Source: Flavonifractor sp. An92 (GTDB lineage Bacteria > Bacillota > Clostridia > Oscillospirales > Oscillospiraceae). From it: 62,582 bases of DNA. The position numbers and the translations under genes are program-made. The notes below the pieces were generated by a model. The model did not search any database and was not told the origin of the DNA. It was given only the letters and a program-made list of their open reading frames with translations. Positions 8,973 through 17,910 of this stretch are shown piece after piece (within the stretch, counting starts at the first letter, position 1; each line of letters starts with the position of its first letter). The DNA lies in assembly GCF_002159175.1 (NCBI RefSeq), contig NZ_NFGZ01000016.1, forward strand, positions 1 to 62,582. Direction: 5' to 3'.

Positions 8973-10445
8973 TTACATCCCCATGTAGGAGAAGTGCATG
9001 TAGTCGTGGTAGCCGCTGGAGGCGTCGCTGTCATAGGCCCAGGCGTCGCCGCCCCAGCTCCAGCCGTGCTCGGCAAAGATCCGCACCACCGAGCCGCCGG
9101 GGGTGATGGAGTAGGGGTTCACGCCCGGCTGCCAGAGGGAACCCGCCAAGGCCTGTCCGTCCCGGACCTGGTAGTTCTCATTGGAATTGATGTCGATGGC
9201 GGTGCCGCAGTTGTGCTCGCCGGTGGCGGTGTCGTCCCGCCAGGAGTAGCCGCCCAGATCATGGATGGGGAACTGCTCGGGGTCGTTGTAGATCTCGGTA
9301 AAGATGGCCTTCACGTCCTCAGCGATGGCGGCGTGGACGGAGAAGCTCATGGTGGAGGAGACCTTCTTGCCGCCCGAGAGCTTCCACACCGGCACAGTGA
9401 CAGTGGTCATGTTGGCCTGGGCGGTGGCCTGGTCGGGGAAACGGCGGATGGAGGTGTCACCGAAGAGAAGCTGATACTTCCGGCTGTTCTCGCCCTGGAA
9501 TTTCAGCCAGAAATCCTGGGCGTAGAACTCCTCGATGGTCATCTCGCCGCTGCCCAGTTTCCGCTCGGCATCCTCCATGGCCAGCTCGGCCGCGGTGAGC
9601 TTGCGGTAGCACACGGTCACCTCGGTGGAGACGGTGCTGAAGGAATACATATAGTCGTCGCTGAAATCATAGCCGTAGGGGTCCTCCAGCGCGGTGTAGC
9701 GGTCCCCCACATGCACCGTGGCGGTGTAGGCGGGCTGGATGGCGGCGCCGTTGGTGTCCACCGGGTGGACGAGGACGGTCACTTCCTCACCGTAGTGCTG
9801 GTTGTCCACCGTCTCCAGCAGCCCCATCAGCAGCACGGTGCCGTCGGCCCGGGCCAGGGTCTTTTCTCCGGCAAAGGTGCCGTCGCTGGTTCCGTTGATG
9901 ATGCGGGCCTCATAGAGGGCTTCCACCGCGTCCTGATAGGCCTCGGGGATGGAGTCCCAGTCGCTCAGATCCTTCTGGGCGTCCCGCTCTTCCCAGCCCC
10001 ACCACCAGCCGCTGCCGGAGCTGCTGCTGTCGGCATCCTCGGGCATGAGGCGGTAGAGGAGCTCGGCGGCCTCCTGGCGGTTGATGGGCGCGCTCAGGGT
10101 GTCCAGGCTCACCGGGAGCACATCGTCCTCCCGCAGAAGGCCGGTGTCCAGCGCCGCGTAGTAGCCCCGGTGGTCCCAGTTCTCCCCCGCCGGGGCGGCC
10201 TCGTAGTCCGCGCGGTAGAAGGTACGGCCCAGCATGGTCAGGTACTGGCCCCAGGTCAGGGTGCCGCTGGGGTCCATCCGCCCGTCCGGCAGGCCGGAGA
10301 GAATGCCCAGGTTGCTGGCCCGGTCCATGTCGTCAAAGGCCCAGTGGGCCTGGTTCAGGTCGGGGTAGTGACCCGCCGCGGCAGCAGGCACGGTCAGGAC
10401 GGCCAGCAGCGCCGCCCCCGTCAGGACTGCTTTGAAATGCTTCAT
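8973..10445 (-). CDS. SLH-domain protein with C-terminal M15-family (VanY/D-Ala-D-Ala carboxypeptidase-like) peptidase domain
   Basis: Signal peptide, then three N-terminal SLH-like repeats. The C-terminus carries an M15-like metal-binding signature (GEHNCGTAIDIN ... DYMHFSY). Start at MKHFKAV with AAAGGAG RBS. Confidence 0.75.
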   Translation of the reverse strand: MKHFKAVLTGAALLAVLTVPAAAAGHYPDLNQAHWAFDDMDRASNLGILSGLPDGRMDPSGTLTWGQYLTMLGRTFYRADYEAAPAGENWDHRGYYAALDTGLLREDDVLPVSLDTLSAPINRQEAAELLYRLMPEDADSSSSGSGWWWGWEERDAQKDLSDWDSIPEAYQDAVEALYEARIINGTSDGTFAGEKTLARADGTVLLMGLLETVDNQHYGEEVTVLVHPVDTNGAAIQPAYTATVHVGDRYTALEDPYGYDFSDDYMYSFSTVSTEVTVCYRKLTAAELAMEDAERKLGSGEMTIEEFYAQDFWLKFQGENSRKYQLLFGDTSIRRFPDQATAQANMTTVTVPVWKLSGGKKVSSTMSFSVHAAIAEDVKAIFTEIYNDPEQFPIHDLGGYSWRDDTATGEHNCGTAIDINSNENYQVRDGQALAGSLWQPGVNPYSITPGGSVVRIFAEHGWSWGGDAWAYDSDASSGYHDYMHFSYMGM

Positions 10446-10582
10446 GGGTATCGCGCTCCTTTCTCTCGCAACTTGAAAAGTATACCATGTTTCTGCTACA
10501 ATAGCATTAAATCTTGCTAATTTTTTTAAGCTCCGTGCATCCCCGGTTTGCATACGGCGCTTCTCACAAGGAGGCTCCCATC

Positions 10583-12034
10583 ATGCGCGAAAAACTCCGC
10601 CGCTGGTGGCCGTGGCTGCTGGCGGCGCTGCTGCTGCTGTCCCTCATCCCCATCCTCTCCCTGGGCCGCTACGCCCGGGCCGCCGCCGACGACTACGGCT
10701 ACGGTATCTTCACCCATCAGGCCCTCCAGAACGGCCGCGGCTTCCTCCGGGCCATCTGGCACACCGCCACCGGGTACTATGACTCCTGGCAGGGCACCTT
10801 TTCCGCCCTGGCCCTCATGTCCCTCACCCCCTGCATCTGGTCCGAGCAGGCCTACTGGCTCACGCCGGTGGTGATGCTCCTGTCCCTGGTGGGGGGCACC
10901 CTGCGCCTGTCCCACACCCTCTGCCGCCGTCTGGCCGGCGGGACGGGGCGGCAGGGTCTGGTGGTGGCCACGGCGCTGCTGCTCCCCTCCATCCAGTGCC
11001 TGAAAGCCCCCCTCCACAGCTTTTTCTGGTGGAACGGGGCGGTCTACTACACCTTCACTTATGGAATGTTCCTTCTGTATGTGGACTGTCTGGTCCGCCT
11101 GCTGCTGGAGGAGCGCCCCGGCCGGGTGGGGATCTGGCTCCCGGGCGTGCTTTTGGGGATCTTTCTGGGCGGGAGCAACTATGTCTCCGCCCTTCTGGCG
11201 ACCCTGCTGGCGGGGCTCACCCTGTGCTATGCCCTCTTCCTCCGGCGGGAGCGGCTGTGCCCGGCGCTGGCCCTCTTTCTGGCGCTGGCCGTCCCCTTCG
11301 CGGTCAGCATCCTGGCCCCCGGCAATCAGGTCCGCCAGGGCTATGAGACCGGTATGCCCCCCTTCGAGGCCATCGGCGCGTCCATCGCCCAGGCCTGGGA
11401 GGACTGTCTGGACTGGCCCAACTGGCTGACGCTGGTGTGCTTCCTGGCCCTCATCCCCCTGCTGTGGAAGCTCACCGGGCTGCGGGAGCGCCGTTTCCCC
11501 CTGCCGGTCCTCTTCACACTCTTCACCTTCCTCCTCTTCGCCGCCCAGAACACCCCCCACTTCTACGCCGAGTCCATCCCCGGGCCGGAGCGGCTGCGCA
11601 ACATCATCTACTTCTCCCACTACTGGCTCATCCTGATCAACGAATTTTACTGGCTGGGCTGGGTCCGCCGGGCGGTACTGCCCTGGGTGAAGGACCACCT
11701 TCCCGCCGGACGGGCCCCGGCGCGGATCAAGGCGGCCTGGCTGGCTCTGCTGGCGGTGGTCCTGCTGGGGTGGCTGCCCCACTACTGGCCGGAGCTCACC
11801 GCAGTGCGCTGCTCCGCCGCCCTCGCCGACGGCTCCGCCGTGGCCTACGCCCAAGAGCGGGACGCGCGCATCCCCGCTCTGCTGGACCCGGAGGTCACCG
11901 ATCCCCGCTTTGAACCCCTGGAACACCGACCGGCGCTCCTCTATCTTGGGGACATCACCGCCAATCCCTCCGACTGGCACAACAACACCATGGCCGTCTT
12001 TTACGGCAAGCACTCGGTGGCTCTGAAGTCCTGA
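10583..12034 (+). CDS. Polytopic integral membrane protein (about 10-12 predicted transmembrane helices), possibly a glycosyltransferase-39/DUF6056-like envelope protein
   Basis: Long hydrophobic-helix-rich ORF. Start at MREKLRRWWPW; the upstream in-frame extension has no RBS. Family assignment is tentative. Confidence 0.65.
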   Translation: MREKLRRWWPWLLAALLLLSLIPILSLGRYARAAADDYGYGIFTHQALQNGRGFLRAIWHTATGYYDSWQGTFSALALMSLTPCIWSEQAYWLTPVVMLLSLVGGTLRLSHTLCRRLAGGTGRQGLVVATALLLPSIQCLKAPLHSFFWWNGAVYYTFTYGMFLLYVDCLVRLLLEERPGRVGIWLPGVLLGIFLGGSNYVSALLATLLAGLTLCYALFLRRERLCPALALFLALAVPFAVSILAPGNQVRQGYETGMPPFEAIGASIAQAWEDCLDWPNWLTLVCFLALIPLLWKLTGLRERRFPLPVLFTLFTFLLFAAQNTPHFYAESIPGPERLRNIIYFSHYWLILINEFYWLGWVRRAVLPWVKDHLPAGRAPARIKAAWLALLAVVLLGWLPHYWPELTAVRCSAALADGSAVAYAQERDARIPALLDPEVTDPRFEPLEHRPALLYLGDITANPSDWHNNTMAVFYGKHSVALKS

Positions 12035-12257
12035 GCGCGTAAAACTTGAAAACAGATGGTAATCAAAACCGAACGGTGCCTTGGCACCGTCCGGTTTTCC
12101 ACTTATCCACATTGTCCACCGACTTTTCCACATCTTGCGTGCACCCAGATACCAACCACCAAATCCTGTGTTTCTTCCCCTTTTCTCGCCCACATTCGCC
12201 CGGCGGACAGGGCGATTTTCCGGCGAAACAGGCCGTATTCATCCGTACCGCCAAAAT

Positions 12258-12300
12258 ACAAAAAACACGCGCCGCGGCATAAGCCGCGGCGCGTGTTTTC
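12258..12300. terminator. Bidirectional terminator between convergent genes
   Basis: A-run, then GC hairpin acacgcgccgcggc-ataa-gccgcggcgcgtgt, then T-run. Confidence 0.6.
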
Positions 12301-12312
12301 AGCCGATTGCGG

Positions 12313-12498
12313 TCAGTTCTTGCAGCCGCTGGCGCCCAGCTGGAAGGAAGCGCACTGGGTGCCGGCGCAGGACTTGGTGTTGCTCTCGCAGCAGCCCACC
12401 TTGATCTCGTTCAGGGTGCAGTAGTCCTGGGCGCAGTGGTGGGAGCAGTTGGTGACCGAGCACTTGATGCTGTGGTTGGGGTTCTGATTCATGTTCAT
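12313..12498 (-). CDS. Cysteine-rich small protein, DUF1540-like (repeated CxVxNCxHH motifs)
   Basis: 61 aa with motifs IKCSVTNCSHHCAQDYC and KVGCCESNTKSCAGTQC. Strong AAGGAGG RBS. Confidence 0.6.
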   Translation of the reverse strand: MNMNQNPNHSIKCSVTNCSHHCAQDYCTLNEIKVGCCESNTKSCAGTQCASFQLGASGCKN

Positions 12499-12559
12499 GG
12501 GAACAGTCCTCCTTTTCCGGTGATAGTCCCAGTATGTCCCCTCCCACCGGGGAATATAC

Positions 12560-13075
12560 CTACTTCCCCGCCCGGGGCAACAATTCTTCCGCCAGGGCCC
12601 GATATTCCTCCGCCCCGTGGCGCAGGCCCTCCAGCTCCTCCGGGGTCAGCGGGCGCTTCACCTTGGCCGGGGAGCCCATGACCAGGCTGCCGTCGGGGAT
12701 GACGGCGTTCTGGGTCACCAGGGCTCCAGCGGCGATGAGGCAGTTTTTTCCGATCACGCAGCCGTTGAGCAGAATGGCCCCCATGCCCACGGTGGTGCCG
12801 TCTCCCACGGTGCAGCCGTGGAGCACGGCGGCGTGGCCCACGGTCACATCACTCCCCACGTCCAGGGGAAAGCCCTCGTCGCAGTGGAGCACGGCGTTGT
12901 CCTGGATGTTGGAGCCCGCCCCAATCCGGATGGTGGAGCAGTCGCCCCGCAGCACGGCGCCGTACCAGATATTGGCCTTCTCCTCCACCGTCACCGCGCC
13001 CACCAGCACGGCGCTCTCCGCCGCCCGGGCGTCGGGGTGCAGCATCGGCGCGTGCCCCCGGAAGGTCTGAAGCAT
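12560..13075 (-). CDS. Gamma-class carbonic anhydrase family protein (left-handed beta-helix, hexapeptide repeats)
   Basis: Hexapeptide-repeat (LbH) protein with the conserved gamma-CA/YrdA-like region (..IGAGSNIQDNAVLH..). Confidence 0.85.
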   Translation of the reverse strand: MLQTFRGHAPMLHPDARAAESAVLVGAVTVEEKANIWYGAVLRGDCSTIRIGAGSNIQDNAVLHCDEGFPLDVGSDVTVGHAAVLHGCTVGDGTTVGMGAILLNGCVIGKNCLIAAGALVTQNAVIPDGSLVMGSPAKVKRPLTPEELEGLRHGAEEYRALAEELLPRAGK

Positions 13076-13196
13076 ACCGGTCCCTCCTTAAATACAGAAA
13101 AATTTTCTCCATTATACCGCCCCCGGCCTGCCGCCGTCAAATCCGGCTGCGGGACCGCATACACTGGTCTATCCTGACCAAATGGAGGCGATCGTT

Positions 13197-13409
13197 TTGA
13201 ATCTGAAAAACGGCAAGATCACCGTGGGGGAACTGCTGGACGACCCCCGCTCCCGCGCGGTGCTGCAAAAGCGCTTTCCCGCCGCCCTGCGCCACCCCAT
13301 GACCGGAGCCGCCCGCACCGTCACGCTGGAGCAGCTTCTGGCCGCCGCGTCGGCCTGGCTCCCCCGCCGGAAGCTGGACGAGGCGCTGGAGGAATTGCGC
13401 CGGGTCTGA
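13197..13409 (+). CDS. Possible small protein, DUF1858-like (weak)
   Basis: GGAGG followed 7 nt later by TTG; about 70 aa. N-terminal ..KITVGELLDDP.. and C-terminal LDEALEELRR resemble the DUF1858 family, but the Cys pair is absent. Low confidence. Confidence 0.3.
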   Translation: MNLKNGKITVGELLDDPRSRAVLQKRFPAALRHPMTGAARTVTLEQLLAAASAWLPRRKLDEALEELRRV

Positions 13410-13548
13410 GGGCCTCTGTCTACCCTGCCCGAAGGTACGCCGGGACTGCGGGGCAGATTTGGCAAAAAGAACCCATAAAAGATAAGAAGTTGTCCTTGTC
13501 GCCGCCCAGGAAATGTGGTAAGATAATTTGAAAAAAATATCACAAGGA

Positions 13549-14625
13549 ATGGAGAAGATGGGCATGCGGCATCTGATCGATTTTGGAGATCTGTCTCGGG
13601 CGGAGTGGGAAGCACTGTATCAGCGTACCAGTGCTATTATTGACCACCCCGCCGATTTTATGGACGCGTGCAAGGGACGCGTGGCCTCCACCCTGTTTTT
13701 TGAGCCCTCTACCCGTACGAACTTTTCTTTCCAGACCGCCATGCTGCGGGTAGGCGGCACGGTGTTCGGCTTTGCCGACCCCAACTCCTCCTCGGTGGCC
13801 AAGGGCGAGTGTCTGAAGGACACCATCAAGATGGTCTCCGGCTATGCCGATGTGGTCATCATGCGTAACCCCCGCGAGGGCGCCGCCAAGGCCGCCTCTC
13901 TCTACTCCGACGTGCCGGTGATCAACGCCGGTGACGGCGGCCACATGCACCCCACCCAGACCACCACCGACCTGACCACCATCACCCGGATGCTGGGCGG
14001 CGTGGACGGCATTTCCATCGGCCTGTGCGGCGACCTGAAGAACGGCCGCACCGTCCACTCCCTCATCAAGGCTCTGGCCAAGTTCGACAACGTCAAGTTC
14101 TACCTCATCTCCCCCCGTGAGCTGGCGGTGCCCGACTATATCCGCTCCTTTATGAAGGAGAAGGGCCTGTGGAGCGTGGAGGTCACCGGTCTGGAGAACG
14201 TCATTCCCCAGCTGGACGTGCTCTACATGACCCGTATCCAGCGTGAGCGCTTCGTGGACCCCCTGGAGTACGAGCGCAACAAGGGCATCTATGTCCTCAC
14301 CCGCCGCAAGCTGGAACGGGCCCGCAAGAACATGCTGGTCATGCACCCCCTGCCCCGCGTGGACGAGATCGCCCTGGACGTGGACGATGATCCCCGTGCG
14401 GCCTACTTCCAGCAGGCCCGGTACGGCATGTTCTCCCGTATGGCCATCCTCTCGGACCTGGCCAACCAGCCCCGCATGAAGCCCGATCCGGTGGAGATCG
14501 GCACCACGCCCGTGTGCTCCAACCCCCGGTGCATCACCCAGACCGACCACTACCTGCCCCCGCTGACCAAGATGAACGGCGGCGTGGAGTGCTGCGCCTA
14601 CTGCGACGCGGCGTTGCAGAAGTAA
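13549..14625 (+). CDS. pyrB: Aspartate carbamoyltransferase catalytic chain with fused C-terminal PyrI-type zinc-binding domain
   Basis: Carries the STRTR, HPTQ and HPLPRVDEI ATCase motifs. A C-terminal extension of about 50 aa (CSNPRCITQ...ECCAYCD) matches the PyrI zinc domain pattern (CPNSNCIS...CKYCE). The exact start is ambiguous among three close in-frame ATG codons (MEKMGMRHL). Confidence 0.8.
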   Translation: MEKMGMRHLIDFGDLSRAEWEALYQRTSAIIDHPADFMDACKGRVASTLFFEPSTRTNFSFQTAMLRVGGTVFGFADPNSSSVAKGECLKDTIKMVSGYADVVIMRNPREGAAKAASLYSDVPVINAGDGGHMHPTQTTTDLTTITRMLGGVDGISIGLCGDLKNGRTVHSLIKALAKFDNVKFYLISPRELAVPDYIRSFMKEKGLWSVEVTGLENVIPQLDVLYMTRIQRERFVDPLEYERNKGIYVLTRRKLERARKNMLVMHPLPRVDEIALDVDDDPRAAYFQQARYGMFSRMAILSDLANQPRMKPDPVEIGTTPVCSNPRCITQTDHYLPPLTKMNGGVECCAYCDAALQK

Positions 14626-14671
14626 GAAGCTGGACCTGTGCTCGCCGCACAGGCCGCCTGCTCGGCGGGAG

Positions 14672-14960
14672 CACCGCTTTCTTTGCAAAGAAAGCGGTGG
14701 GAAAGAAAGCGCAGAGGTGGGATACCCCCCTCTGCACTCCCCCAAGGCGCACCCCGGCTTATCTTCCACTGCGGAGGGATTTCCTTACCCCGGCGGAACA
14801 AAAATCAGGCCCGGTGCCTATGAATCAGCTGTTGTACCCCGGCAATTTGGGCGGCCCCTAAAAAGGCCGCCCTTTTGGAGGGGAGTGGAGAGGGGAACGA
14901 GAAGTTCCCCTCTCCGCTTTTTCTTTCCCCCATTTCTTTTCGCAAAAAGAAATGGGGCGC
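14672..14960. repeat. Cluster of related perfect palindromes in the 400-bp pyrB/arsC-like convergent intergenic region
   Basis: Observed: caccgCTTTCTTTGCAAAGAAAGcggtg (14672-14699), ggagaggggaac-gaga-agttcccctctcc plus T-run (about 14884-14925), and ccccaTTTCTTTTCGCAAAAAGAAATgggg (about 14928-14960). The first and third share a TTTCTTT..GCAA..AAAGAAA core. Confidence 0.4.
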
Positions 14961-15026
14961 TGTCCGCGCAGGACGCCCGCGCGGCGAGCGCAAACTCTCC
15001 GGGCCTCCCGGAAGTGAGTGTCCGCT

Positions 15027-15386
15027 TTACTCCTCCACACCCAGCGCGGCGGCCCAATCGGCGGCCTTGAAGCCCACCAGCACGAAGCCGTCGGCGATCA
15101 GCATGGGGCGCTTGACCAGCATCCCGTCGGTGGCCAGGAGCGCGAACCGCTCCTCCTCGCTCATGCCGGGCAGCTTGTCCTTCAGCTCCAGGGCGCGGTA
15201 CTGCAGGCCGCTGGTGTTGAAAAAGCGCTTGAGGGGCAGACCGCTGCGGCCGTGCCACTCCTTCAGCTCCTCCAGAGAGGGATTCTGCTCCTTGATGTCC
15301 CGCAGGTCGTAGGAAATTCCGTGGTCGTCCAGCCAGGCCTGGGCCTTCTTGCAGGTGCTGCACTTGGGATAACAAAGAAAAATCAT
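15027..15386 (-). CDS. ArsC/Spx-family thioredoxin-fold protein (YffB-like)
   Basis: N-terminal CxxC-type motif (CYPKCSTCKKA) typical of the ArsC/Spx family. Start MIFLCYP, preceded by AGGAGG. Confidence 0.8.
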   Translation of the reverse strand: MIFLCYPKCSTCKKAQAWLDDHGISYDLRDIKEQNPSLEELKEWHGRSGLPLKRFFNTSGLQYRALELKDKLPGMSEEERFALLATDGMLVKRPMLIADGFVLVGFKAADWAAALGVEE

Positions 15387-15539
15387 GGTTTGCCTCCTGT
15401 ATGTTCGGCCCCTTCTGGGCCTTTTTCTATACTGTACCGGAAACTCCCCAGTCTGACAAGCCCCTGGAAGCACTTGACACCCCGGAGAGGGCATGGTAAT
15501 ATAATGGTCAATGAGAGCGTGAGGAACGGGAAAAGTAGC

Positions 15540-15775
15540 ATCTCACCCGGACGGACAGAGAGGGCGTGTTCAGGCTGAAAGCGCGCCTACGGCGGAGGAT
15601 GTGAAGTGCGCCCGGGAGCGCGGGGCGTAATGGCCCCCGGCAGGCCGCCGTTACCGGCCGGGCCGGTTGCTGGACCGGCTGTGAGTGAATGCAAGAGTGG
15701 GACCGCGACTGAAAAGCCGCCTCTTGTGCCTTTGGGGCATAAGGGGCGTTTTTATTTTTCTGAGGGAGGGGAGCA
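15540..15775 (+). promoter_or_regulatory. Probable T-box leader (tRNA-sensing riboswitch) upstream of cysE-cysS
   Basis: An about 240-nt structured 5' leader containing the T-box-like sequence AGAGUGGGACCGCG (consensus AGGGUGGNACCGCG) immediately 5' of a terminator hairpin plus UUUUUAUUUUU. The cysES operons of Firmicutes are classically T-box regulated. Specifier codon not located by eye. Confidence 0.45.
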
Positions 15776-15780
15776 ATTCC

Positions 15781-16431
15781 ATGACTCGTTTAGGCGAGAC
15801 TTTGGCGGCCTATCAGGCCCGCGACCCGGCGGCCCGGAGCAAGCTGGAGATCTTCCTGCTCTACCCCGGCGTACACGCCACCATCTACCACCGCATCGCC
15901 CATTTCCTCTACTGTCACAATCTGAAATTCCTGGCCCGGCTGGTCTCCCAGTGGAGCCGCTTCTGGACCGGCATCGAGATCCACCCCGGCGCCAAGATCG
16001 GCCGCCGCTTCGTCATCGACCACGGTATGGGCATCGTCATCGGCGAGACCGCTGAGGTGGGCGACGACTGCCTCATCTACCACGGCGTCACCCTGGGCGG
16101 CACCGGCAAGGACCAAGGCAAGCGCCACCCCACCCTGGGGAACAACGTGATGGTGTCCACCGGCGCCAAGGTGCTGGGCCCCTTCAAGGTGGGGGACGGC
16201 GCCCGCATCGCCGCCAACGCGGTGGTGCTGAAGGAGATCCCCCCCAACGCCACCGCCGTGGGCGTGCCCGCCCGGGTGGTGCGCATCGCCGGCGAAAAGG
16301 TGGACTATGCCACTACCGTGGACCAGATCCACGTCACCGACCCCGTCCAGAAGGAATTGCAGGCCCTCTCCTCCCGGCTGGAGTTTTTGGAAAAGCTGAT
16401 GGACGAGGAGTCCCGCAGAAGCAACGCATAA
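15781..16431 (+). CDS. cysE: Serine O-acetyltransferase
   Basis: SATase N-terminal domain plus hexapeptide-repeat C-terminus (..DHGMGIVIGETAEVGDDCLIYHGVTLGG..). GGGAGGGG RBS. Confidence 0.9.
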   Translation: MTRLGETLAAYQARDPAARSKLEIFLLYPGVHATIYHRIAHFLYCHNLKFLARLVSQWSRFWTGIEIHPGAKIGRRFVIDHGMGIVIGETAEVGDDCLIYHGVTLGGTGKDQGKRHPTLGNNVMVSTGAKVLGPFKVGDGARIAANAVVLKEIPPNATAVGVPARVVRIAGEKVDYATTVDQIHVTDPVQKELQALSSRLEFLEKLMDEESRRSNA

Positions 16432-16461
16432 CGCTCCCAGGAGCGAGAAAGGATATGGAAC

Positions 16462-17910
16462 ATGAAACTTTACAACTCTCTCACCCGCCGCAAGGACGAA
16501 TTCCAGACCCACACCCCCGGCCATGTGGAGATGTACACCTGCGGCCCCACCGTGTACCACTTCGCCCACATCGGAAACCTGCGCTCCTACATCATGGAGG
16601 ACGTGCTGGAGAAGTTCCTGCGCTACTCCGGCTATGATGTGAACCGGGTCATGAACATCACCGACGTGGGCCACCTGGCCAGCGACGCCGACACCGGCGA
16701 GGACAAGATGCTCAAGGGCGCCAAGCGGGAGCACAAGACCGTCATGGAGATCGCCCAGTACTACACCGACGCCTTCTTCTCCGACTGCGAGAAGCTGAAC
16801 ATCAAGCGTCCCGACGTGGTCCAGCCCGCTACCGGCTGCATCGACGAGTATATCCAGATCGTCTCCACCCTCCTGGACAAGGGCTACGCCTATCTGGCGG
16901 GCGGCAACGTGTACTTTGACACCTCCAAGCTGGATCGCTACTACGTCTTTAACGACCACGACGAGGAGGACCTGGCCGTGGGCGTCCGGGACAGCGTGGA
17001 GGAGGACCAGAACAAGCGCAACAAGGCCGACTTCGTCCTGTGGTTCACCAAGAGCAAGTTTGAGGACCAGGCCCTCAAATGGGACTCCCCCTGGGGCGTG
17101 GGCTATCCCGGGTGGCACATTGAGTGCTCCGGCATCTCCATGAAGTACAACGGCGAGTATCTGGACCTCCACTGCGGCGGCATCGACAACGCCTTCCCTC
17201 ACCACACCAACGAGATCGCCCAGAGCGAGAGCTTCCTGGGCCATCCCTGGTGCCCCCAGTGGTTCCATGTCCACCACCTGAACACCAACTCCGGCAAGAT
17301 GAGCAAGTCCAAGGGCGAGTTCCTGACGGTCTCCCTGCTGGAGGAAAAGGGCTACGATCCCCTGGTCTACCGCCTCTTCTGCCTCCAGAGCCACTACCGC
17401 AAGGGTCTGGTGTTCTCCTGGGAGAACCTGGACAACGCCAAGGTCACCTACAACAAGCTCCTCAAGCGCGTGGCCGCCCTGAAGCCGGAGGACGGCGAGG
17501 TGGACGAGGCCGTGGTGGCCGAGTACCGCCAGAAGTTCCTGGACCAGGTGGGCAACGACCTGAACACCTCTATGGGCGTCACCGCGCTCTACGACGCGCT
17601 GAAGGCCAAGACCAACGACGCCACCCGCCTGGCTATCCTGGCTGACTTCGACCAGGTGCTGAGCCTGGACCTGCTCAAGAAGGCGGAGGAGCTGCGCAAG
17701 CAGGCCGCCGCCCAGGCCAAGACCGAGAGCGCCGGCGGCTACACCATCACCGGCGAGGGCGACAGCGCCATCGACGAGCTGGTCCTCCGCCGCTACGAGG
17801 CCAAGAAGGCCAAGAACTGGGCCGAGGCCGACGCCATCCGCGACCAGCTCAAGGGCATGGGCATCGAGCTCACCGACGTGCCCGGCGGCGCGGTGTGGAA
17901 GCGCGTATAA
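16462..17910 (+). CDS. cysS: Cysteine--tRNA ligase
   Basis: HIGN (HIGH-type) and KMSKS motifs; N-terminus MKLYNSLTRRK typical of CysRS. Confidence 0.95.
   Translation: MKLYNSLTRRKDEFQTHTPGHVEMYTCGPTVYHFAHIGNLRSYIMEDVLEKFLRYSGYDVNRVMNITDVGHLASDADTGEDKMLKGAKREHKTVMEIAQYYTDAFFSDCEKLNIKRPDVVQPATGCIDEYIQIVSTLLDKGYAYLAGGNVYFDTSKLDRYYVFNDHDEEDLAVGVRDSVEEDQNKRNKADFVLWFTKSKFEDQALKWDSPWGVGYPGWHIECSGISMKYNGEYLDLHCGGIDNAFPHHTNEIAQSESFLGHPWCPQWFHVHHLNTNSGKMSKSKGEFLTVSLLEEKGYDPLVYRLFCLQSHYRKGLVFSWENLDNAKVTYNKLLKRVAALKPEDGEVDEAVVAEYRQKFLDQVGNDLNTSMGVTALYDALKAKTNDATRLAILADFDQVLSLDLLKKAEELRKQAAAQAKTESAGGYTITGEGDSAIDELVLRRYEAKKAKNWAEADAIRDQLKGMGIELTDVPGGAVWKRV

Noticed and set aside
13528-13548. Longer N-terminal extension (MKKISQG) of the pyrB ORF
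   Set aside because: No RBS upstream of the first ATG, and a TGn-extended -10 (TGgTAAGAT) promoter sits at about 13510-13525, so translation probably begins at one of the downstream ATGs (MEKMGMRHL).
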